Translations under genes and position numbers: made by a program
The notes under the pieces: generated by a model
Told to the model about the DNA's origin: nothing
Database searches by the model: none
Seen by the model: the letters and a program-made list of their open reading frames with translations, nothing else
Part shown: positions 26,035 through 32,000 of the stretch, in pieces
Position numbering within the stretch: the first letter of the stretch is position 1
How the letters are laid out: every line of letters starts with the position of its first letter
Source: Acaryochloris marina S15
Lineage (GTDB): Bacteria > Cyanobacteriota > Cyanobacteriia > Thermosynechococcales > Thermosynechococcaceae
Assembly (NCBI RefSeq): GCF_018336915.1
Contig: NZ_CP064923.1
Coordinates: 4,650,001 to 4,682,000, forward strand
Direction: 5' to 3'
DNA length: 32,000 nt

Positions 26035-28812
26035 CAGAAACAAAAACTTCTAGGCCTCCTCGGGGTCTCCGGTGCCCTGGTCTTGTTTGGCGGCCTGATT
26101 GCCAAAAGCTTATCCGTTGACAACCAACAGCATCAGCAATATCGCACCTTAATGGCTCAACAGTTGGACAAAGATGCCACTGTTAACCAAAGTGTCCTTA
26201 AAGCCAGATATGCGTTATTGACCTCCTACGATCCCCTCGTCCGGGCTATGTCCGAACAGCTCGATTTACAGGAGGATCTCAAGCAAGTTCCTGGGTTTAT
26301 TGGCAATCAACAGACCCTTTTATCTCAGCTCAGCGAGAACAACCAAGTCTTTACTCAGAAAGAAGAGTTAGTTGAATCTTTCAAATCCAAGAACGCTATC
26401 CTCAAAAACTCCTTAACCTACTTACCAGAGCTAGTAAAAGAGGTTCGCACGGGCTCTGCAAAAGGAATATCCGGGGATGAGGCGATTCAGCTGGAAAGCC
26501 TATTAGATAATGTCTTACTGTACAGCTTGTCGTCAGATGAAGATCTAGTTTCCCAGATCGAAACCCAAATCGCTCAATTAAAGGGTAAAAAATCCAAGGG
26601 CATTCAATTGGCCCTTGCCCATACCCAGATGATTCTGGAGTACAAGCCCCAGGTCGATGCCTTAACCCGCGATATTCTGAAGCTGCCCACGGCCAAAGCC
26701 ATCAGCACTTTAGAAACGGCTTATATCAATCAATATGATGGGGCAACTCAAACAGCCGACCTATTTCGACTACTCAGCTTCGGCTGCTTGTTAGTTCTCG
26801 TCAGTGGCGGTGCCTATTTGGTAGTGCGGCAACAGCGTCGTTCTAGTGAGCGGGTATCCGGTATTCTCAGCAGTTTGACCGATGCCTTTGTGGCTCTGAA
26901 TCCCCAGTGGCAAATCACGTATATCAACGATAAAGCCGCTGAGATTCTGCAAGAAGATCCCGTACAGTTGCTCAACCAAGATTTCTGGCAAAGTTTTCCT
27001 GACCTCCTGGGTGCCGATCATTTAACTGAGTATCGACAAGCCCTGAAAGAGAAAACCAAGACCTCCTTCGAGGTGTTTTATCCCCCCAGCAAAATGTGGT
27101 TGGAGATTCGCGTCTATCCCAGCGTGGACGGACTATCCTTGTTCTTCCAAGATGTGACGATGCGCAAGGAGGCTGAAGACAGCCTGAAGCAAATGAACCA
27201 AGAGCTAGAGACCCGGGTCAAGGCTCGTACATCTCAGTTAGCATCCAGTATGGAAGCCGCCGAAGAAGCGCGGGAGAAAGCGGAAGAAGCCAATAAGAGT
27301 AAGAGTGAATTCTTGGCCAATATGAGCCATGAACTCCGAACTCCCCTCAACGCCATTATTGGTTACAGCGAAATGCTGGAAGAGGATGCCGAGGATATGG
27401 GACAAGATGACTTTGTCCCCGATTTACAGAAAATTTCTGGGTCGGCAAAGCATCTTCTAGAACTGATCAACTCTGTTCTAGACCTCTCGAAGGTCGAAGC
27501 GGGACGCATGGAACTCTATTTAGAGTCCTTTGAAATCGCCCCCATGGTCAGAACCATTGCTGCCACCTTACAGCCTATTGCCGAGAAGCAAAGCAACATG
27601 GTTTCCCTGCATTGTCCTGAGAATATTGGGACGCTGTATGCTGACCAAACCAAAGTTCGTCAGAGTTTGTACAACTTACTCAGTAATGCCTGTAAGTTCA
27701 CACAATCCGGCGAAGTGAGCCTCACCGTATCGGAAGATGCTGGGGAAGAGATTGTCTTTAGCATTAGAGATACTGGCATTGGCATGACCCCAGAACAGCT
27801 GGAAAAAGTGTTCAAAGCCTTTACCCAAGCAGATGCGTCCACTACCCGCAAATATGGGGGAACCGGACTGGGCCTCACTATCACCAAGCAGTTCATTGAG
27901 ATGATGGGCGGGCATATTTCGGTAACCAGCCAATATGGCTACGGCACCGAGTTTACGATCCATATTCCTCGCCAAGTGGAATCAGAAACTGCAGCATCCA
28001 TTCCAACTCCATCTGCGCCCATCGAACTGAGTAAGATTTCTTTACCCAAAACGGCGAAAGGACAGCCGGGTGGGACAGTACTCGTGATTGATGATGACGA
28101 GTATGCCCGTGACATCATGCAGCGGTTTTTAACAGATGCTGGTTATGATGCGGTGGTATCGCCTTCGGGGATAGAGGGGCTACAGCTGGCTGAAGATCTC
28201 ATGCCTGACATGATTATTTTGGATGTCTTGATGCCAGAACTCGATGGCTGGTCAGTCCTTCAGAATCTCAAGGGCAGTGCCAAATTAGCAGATATCCCCG
28301 TTATTATGATGACGATGGTGGATGCCGAAAAAGTCGGTTTCTCCCTGGGTGCGACTGACTTCCTGACCAAACCCTTACAGCGAGATCGGCTACTGGAACT
28401 GTTGGATAAATATGTCACAACAGCAGATCGCAACTGGATGTTAGTGATTGAGGATGACCTGCCTTCCCAGGAAATGCTAGGTCGCATACTCGAACGGGAA
28501 GATTGGCCCTACAAAACAGCGGGCAATGGCAAACAAGCCCTCGAAGTCCTCGGTGATCATGGCGTCCCAGATTTAATTTTCTTAGATCTGATGATGCCAG
28601 AGATGGATGGCTTTGAGTTCCTGAAGGTACTGCGGCAAAATCCAGACTGGCAGAATGTCCCTGTGATTGTGGTTTCGGCGAAAGATCTCACAGCCAGTGA
28701 GCGTCTAGAGCTGGGAGATGCGGTCCAAAGTATTCACCAAAAAGGACAGCTCGATCGCGAGGAATTGCTAGAAGAGGTTCAAGACTTTATCGAAATTGCC
28801 GCTGGTAATTAG
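26032..28812 (+). CDS. hybrid sensor histidine kinase: TM, ~220-aa periplasmic helical sensor (DAHL-like?), TM, PAS, HisKA, HATPase_c, REC, REC
   Basis: 926 aa. TM helices lie at residues ~6-25 and ~245-265. A PAS domain spans ~272-385. The H-box is [11 protein letters not shown] (His433, nt 27328-27330). N and G boxes are [15 protein letters not shown] and GGTGLGL. The two receivers have acceptor Asp731 (IILDVLMP) and Asp852 (IFLDLMMP). The ATG overlaps the stop of the upstream gene. Confidence 0.93.
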   Translation: MQKQKLLGLLGVSGALVLFGGLIAKSLSVDNQQHQQYRTLMAQQLDKDATVNQSVLKARYALLTSYDPLVRAMSEQLDLQEDLKQVPGFIGNQQTLLSQLSENNQVFTQKEELVESFKSKNAILKNSLTYLPELVKEVRTGSAKGISGDEAIQLESLLDNVLLYSLSSDEDLVSQIETQIAQLKGKKSKGIQLALAHTQMILEYKPQVDALTRDILKLPTAKAISTLETAYINQYDGATQTADLFRLLSFGCLLVLVSGGAYLVVRQQRRSSERVSGILSSLTDAFVALNPQWQITYINDKAAEILQEDPVQLLNQDFWQSFPDLLGADHLTEYRQALKEKTKTSFEVFYPPSKMWLEIRVYPSVDGLSLFFQDVTMRKEAEDSLKQMNQELETRVKARTSQLASSMEAAEEAREKAEEANKSKSEFLANMSHELRTPLNAIIGYSEMLEEDAEDMGQDDFVPDLQKISGSAKHLLELINSVLDLSKVEAGRMELYLESFEIAPMVRTIAATLQPIAEKQSNMVSLHCPENIGTLYADQTKVRQSLYNLLSNACKFTQSGEVSLTVSEDAGEEIVFSIRDTGIGMTPEQLEKVFKAFTQADASTTRKYGGTGLGLTITKQFIEMMGGHISVTSQYGYGTEFTIHIPRQVESETAASIPTPSAPIELSKISLPKTAKGQPGGTVLVIDDDEYARDIMQRFLTDAGYDAVVSPSGIEGLQLAEDLMPDMIILDVLMPELDGWSVLQNLKGSAKLADIPVIMMTMVDAEKVGFSLGATDFLTKPLQRDRLLELLDKYVTTADRNWMLVIEDDLPSQEMLGRILEREDWPYKTAGNGKQALEVLGDHGVPDLIFLDLMMPEMDGFEFLKVLRQNPDWQNVPVIVVSAKDLTASERLELGDAVQSIHQKGQLDREELLEEVQDFIEIAAGN

Positions 28813-28858
28813 ATAGAGACCTTGAGACTATTCCGGTAAATTCCACTCCGCCTAATCC

Positions 28859-28900
28859 CAGAAGCCAGAGCCCAAGAAATCGCTCTGGCTTCTGCTGTTA
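28859..28900 (+). terminator. rho-independent terminator downstream of the hybrid kinase
   Basis: Perfect 13-bp inverted repeat CAGAAGCCAGAGC / GCTCTGGCTTCTG with a 10-nt loop, followed by CTGTTA, 47 nt after the stop. Confidence 0.7.
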
Positions 28901-29077
28901 TAGACTGCGGCCCATCAGTTCAAAGCTGGGAGGTAAGCCTATTATCCTTCGCAGCTATGTTTGCTACCGCCCTCATTTTTCAAAGAATGAGTCTGGCATA
29001 GATCCAAGCATGGGCAGGTTACGTATATCTAATCAGTAGGCGTTAGCGCCACTCAGTATCGTCATGGGAAATCAGTC

Positions 29078-29575
29078 ATGAAATTCAACTGCCGGCCCGT
29101 CGGAATAGAGTTTCTGGACAATGCGCCCGTTCAATTTGTGAATCAGGTGGAACTCGCCGCATCACCAGCCCAGGTATTTGCGATCTTTGAGAAAGCAGAG
29201 GCATGGCCCCTCTGGTACAAAGAAATTGTCAAGGTGGAATGGCATGGTCCTCAACCCTATGGTGTCGGCACCACTCGCACGGTCAAGCTGACCACAGTAA
29301 CCGTAGAAGAACATTTCTTTGTCTGGGAGCAGAACGAGCGCTTGGCGTTTTGCTTCACAGCCATGAGCCTTCCCCTCGTCCATGCCTTAGTTGAAGAATA
29401 TCGACTCACTCCCCTGGGGGAACATCGGAGTCAATTCACTTATAAAGTTGGCTTAGAACTCTCATTTTGGCTGCGTTTGGGCGGGCCATTGATTCTCAAG
29501 GTCTACGAGAAGATGTTTCGGCAAGCGACAACAAATTTAGCGGAGTATATCCTGAATCAACCCGTTATCCCCTAA
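29078..29575 (+). CDS. SRPBCC (START/polyketide-cyclase-like) family protein
   Basis: 165 aa. The size and pattern (…SPAQVFAIF…AWPLWY…V…G.G..R…, long C-terminal helix) are typical of SRPBCC ligand-binding proteins. This is a family-level call only. Confidence 0.75.
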   Translation: MKFNCRPVGIEFLDNAPVQFVNQVELAASPAQVFAIFEKAEAWPLWYKEIVKVEWHGPQPYGVGTTRTVKLTTVTVEEHFFVWEQNERLAFCFTAMSLPLVHALVEEYRLTPLGEHRSQFTYKVGLELSFWLRLGGPLILKVYEKMFRQATTNLAEYILNQPVIP

Positions 29576-29667
29576 CATCGGATTGTCTCGCAACCTTGTG
29601 GCCAATGCCTTGAACATTTGAGGGAGTATAAACACTCTAGACTCAGATCAAAGCCAAAAAATTGAGA

Positions 29668-30309
29668 TTACCAATACTGCCAAGCTGAATTAGTCAGAAT
29701 ATAAACCCCTAGAGCAAGATTCGTCGTGCTATGGGCAATTATGCAGGCATAAAGACTCTTAGTGGCCTTGAGCAAAAGGGTATACAGAACTGCACAAATA
29801 ATGGCGACAAGCCACTCGCTATGGAGCAGGCCAAACAAGATAGATGAAATGGCAAACGCCCCCCAGGTAAAGGTACCCACGGGTATTTTCTGAAATTCAG
29901 GTACGCTCAAGTATCGCAGGAGAAAAGACCGCCAAAAGATCTCCTCCATAATCGGCACCATCACCACCAAACCATAGAAGCGGAAAGCCAAAAAGACCGG
30001 CAAGATCCAGCCTTGCAAGCTGACGAAGGGATTGTAGCCGACTCGCTCGCCTAAATGGGGATAGGGTATCCACTGATCGAAGAGAATCCATTCAGCAAAA
30101 ACGATGAGACCGACTGCGATCGCAGTTATCGTTACCTTGGCACTCGGTCGTATATCCTGCCAGGGGCGAGCCAAAAGTCCCAGCAGCATAGACACCACAA
30201 TCACCTTTACCCCATAGAGCCAGGGATAGGCACCAGGCCATACCCCTTCCACAGTGGTAATCAACATAAAAGTAGCCATCGGGGCTACATAGGCAACCCA
30301 AGGCGGCAT
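29668..30309 (-). CDS. CPBP family intramembrane glutamic endopeptidase (CAAX protease-like)
   Basis: Polytopic membrane protein with the CPBP motifs EEIFWRSFL (EExxxR), FGLLH and HSTTN. Confidence 0.85.
   Translation of the reverse strand: MPPWVAYVAPMATFMLITTVEGVWPGAYPWLYGVKVIVVSMLLGLLARPWQDIRPSAKVTITAIAVGLIVFAEWILFDQWIPYPHLGERVGYNPFVSLQGWILPVFLAFRFYGLVVMVPIMEEIFWRSFLLRYLSVPEFQKIPVGTFTWGAFAISSILFGLLHSEWLVAIICAVLYTLLLKATKSLYACIIAHSTTNLALGVYILTNSAWQYW
30116..30123. repeat. HIP1 octamer
   Basis: exact GCGATCGC. Confidence 0.95.
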
Positions 30310-30333
30310 ATCAATACGTAGCTCGCGTAAAAT

Positions 30334-31197
30334 TTATGACTCGAGCATAACCGATGATTTCACATTCGCTGTGTCTTGATTAGTTAAGCTGCGGCGCATG
30401 GCTTCCACAAATCGACTGACACGAATGGGATCAATAGGCTGATCGATCTGACCACGACGCTTAAGGGAGCTAGACACAATGGCTCCATGGGCAGATTGAA
30501 TCAAGCTAGGAATGTTTTCCCAATTAGCACCACTGCCAATAAAGACAGGAACGTCTTTGGCGGCATCAATCGCCAATTCTAAATCACCCAAATTGGGCGG
30601 ACTACCCGTTTCCCAACCAGAGATAATAATGCCATCCGCCAACCCCCGCTCGATGGTTTCATGCACCGTTGTGGTCAGATTGGGAGAGCCCAAAGGACGG
30701 GCATGTTTGACGAGGACATCGGCAAAAATCTTGACGTCGCTCCCCAGTTCGCGGCGATACCGGAGTAGACGGTGGGCTTCCCCTTCAATCAACCCTTGAT
30801 CCGTTTCCATCACCCCTGTCAGCACATTGACTCGGATGAATTGGGCATCCACACAGGATGCGATCGCCATGGCGCTACAGGCATCGTTGCGGAGCACATT
30901 AATGCCAATGGGCAAAGGCACTAGATTCTTGACCCGCTGCACCACCAAGCTCATGGCGCTGACTACGGCCGGATCAACCGAACCTTTCGTGAACGGAGCA
31001 TCAAAGAAATTTTCAATAATCAGCCCATCAACCCCGCCTGCAGCAAGGGCAGTAGATTCTTGTTCGGCTCTGGCAATGACTGCCTTAAGGCTTCCGCCCC
31101 AACGAGGGGAGGTGGGTAATGGCAGTAAATGAACAACGCCAATAATGGGATTAGGGGATTTAAAAATGTGTTGTAACTCCACGGATAATTGAGTCAA
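30334..31197 (-). CDS. btpA: BtpA/SgcQ family protein (photosystem I biogenesis protein BtpA)
   Basis: 287 aa. IGVVHLLPLP.SPRW…, GGVDGLIIENFFDAPF and INVLRND… are BtpA-family motifs. Non-ATG start: TTG 31197, with GTG 31182 as an alternative. It lies 24 nt upstream of the CPBP gene on the same strand. Confidence 0.88.
   Translation of the reverse strand: MTQLSVELQHIFKSPNPIIGVVHLLPLPTSPRWGGSLKAVIARAEQESTALAAGGVDGLIIENFFDAPFTKGSVDPAVVSAMSLVVQRVKNLVPLPIGINVLRNDACSAMAIASCVDAQFIRVNVLTGVMETDQGLIEGEAHRLLRYRRELGSDVKIFADVLVKHARPLGSPNLTTTVHETIERGLADGIIISGWETGSPPNLGDLELAIDAAKDVPVFIGSGANWENIPSLIQSAHGAIVSSSLKRRGQIDQPIDPIRVSRFVEAMRRSLTNQDTANVKSSVMLES
30860..30867. repeat. HIP1 octamer
   Basis: exact GCGATCGC. 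Confidence 0.95.
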
Positions 31198-31398
31198 ACT
31201 CAGTAGGGAGACTATAAAAAAATATAATAAAAAAGTCTAGAAAATTCTAGCTCAGTCGCCAGAACATTATCGGCAAGGCCAAAAGCTTCTGGAGTGTCTA
31301 GCATAACAGCTTCCAGGACTCCTGTATATTGCGGAGCTGCCCTTAGATATGCAAAATTCCGGGGGAGCTTTTCTGCAAACACAACCCGCTATTAACCC

Positions 31399-32000
31399 TT
31401 ACTGTAATGCTTTGAGATAAGAGGTCATTAGTTGGTAATTGGTCTGATCTTTTTGAGATTGGTAGAAGGCTACCGCTTTTTGGATATCGGCAAATGCTCG
31501 CTGGGGTTGTGCAAACACTTCAGCTAGGAGCGAGCCACGCAGACGATAGGCATTGCCGTCATTGGGATTTCTACGGATCGCTGCATCTGCTTGGGCGAGA
31601 ACGGCGCGACTATTAGGAAAGGCGGCTTGCACATTTTCTTGTACAGCATAGCGTTGAGCCAAGTTGGGATTCGTACTTCTTAACATGCTTTTAGCCAGGA
31701 TAAATTGGGCGAGTTGTTGCTGCTTAAGAGCGATGGCTGAGGCATTCTGAAAGTCTAAGGCAGCACCCTTGGCATCTTGGAGCTGAAGTCGAATGGCCGC
31801 ACTAGATAAGAAATGAGCAAAGGTGTCGGTGCCGGACTGTAATTTTTTAAGTACTGTCAAGCCTTGTTCAATTTTTTTAGCCCCTAGGATGTTGCCTTGG
31901 GATCGCATCAATTTCGCTGTCTGCTGCAGATCTGCCACTGCCCCTGGATAGTCTGCCTGCAAAAACTTGATCGTGCTGCGCAGTCCATAGCCAGATGGAT
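31399..32000 (-). CDS. TPR-repeat protein, 5'-truncated by the window edge
   Basis: The frame stays open from 31962 to the window end (…GYGLRSTIKFLQADYPGAV…), so the track's TTG start is probably internal. Repeated A..N..A…G…A motifs are TPR-like. Confidence 0.7.
   Translation of the reverse strand, partial: PSGYGLRSTIKFLQADYPGAVADLQQTAKLMRSQGNILGAKKIEQGLTVLKKLQSGTDTFAHFLSSAAIRLQLQDAKGAALDFQNASAIALKQQQLAQFILAKSMLRSTNPNLAQRYAVQENVQAAFPNSRAVLAQADAAIRRNPNDGNAYRLRGSLLAEVFAQPQRAFADIQKAVAFYQSQKDQTNYQLMTSYLKALQ

Noticed and set aside
31236-31249. CTAGAA-AA-TTCTAG dyad upstream of btpA as an operator
   Set aside because: It is a short 6-bp-arm repeat in AT-rich sequence that could easily arise by chance. 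I recognise no matching known motif.
1-32000. Mobile elements, CRISPR arrays, defence systems, toxin-antitoxin pairs and biosynthetic gene clusters
   Set aside because: I saw no transposase, integrase or recombinase-like ORFs, no terminal inverted repeats, no regularly spaced direct repeats, and no small adjacent gene pairs of TA type. The window is predominantly conserved housekeeping genes.

Overview
This window looks like core chromosome from a cyanobacterium. Evidence: 11 exact HIP1 octamers (GCGATCGC), a ferrochelatase with a C-terminal chlorophyll a/b-binding-type helix, btpA, clpC, a PetC3-like small Rieske protein, and a long ThiE with an N-terminal extension. I call about 28 protein-coding genes. 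Most are housekeeping: glyA, a GT4 MraY/WecA-like transferase, cinA, aroQ, an ABC-F ATPase, rimI, clpC, a CDF metal exporter, an RlpA-like DPBB protein, ttcA, thiE, thiS, hemH and btpA. I found no rRNA, tRNA, CRISPR array, transposase, integrase or recognisable riboswitch. The most unusual locus is 22.26-28.81 kb, a divergently arranged four-gene redox-signalling cluster. On the minus strand a Tat/lipobox Rieske protein is followed by a REC-REC protein ending in a catalytically degenerate Ser/Thr-kinase-like domain. On the plus strand a di-haem cytochrome c peroxidase/MauG-family protein has a stop codon overlapping (TAATG) the start of a hybrid histidine kinase. That kinase has a large periplasmic helical sensor domain, a PAS domain and two receiver domains. 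No HPt domain or DNA-binding output is visible, so the wiring and the sensed signal are unknown; this is my best candidate for an undescribed system. Secondary observations: two convergent gene pairs share a single CTAG carrying both stop codons; a 42-codon ORF missing from the track lies in a long AT-rich spacer; there is a 519-bp AT-rich divergent spacer; a secreted DUF3747-like protein has a Pro-rich linker and a SPOR-like C-terminus; an S1 protease is fused to TPR repeats; and the ThiE N-terminal extension contains an internal duplication. All family assignments come from reading motifs by eye, with no database search.
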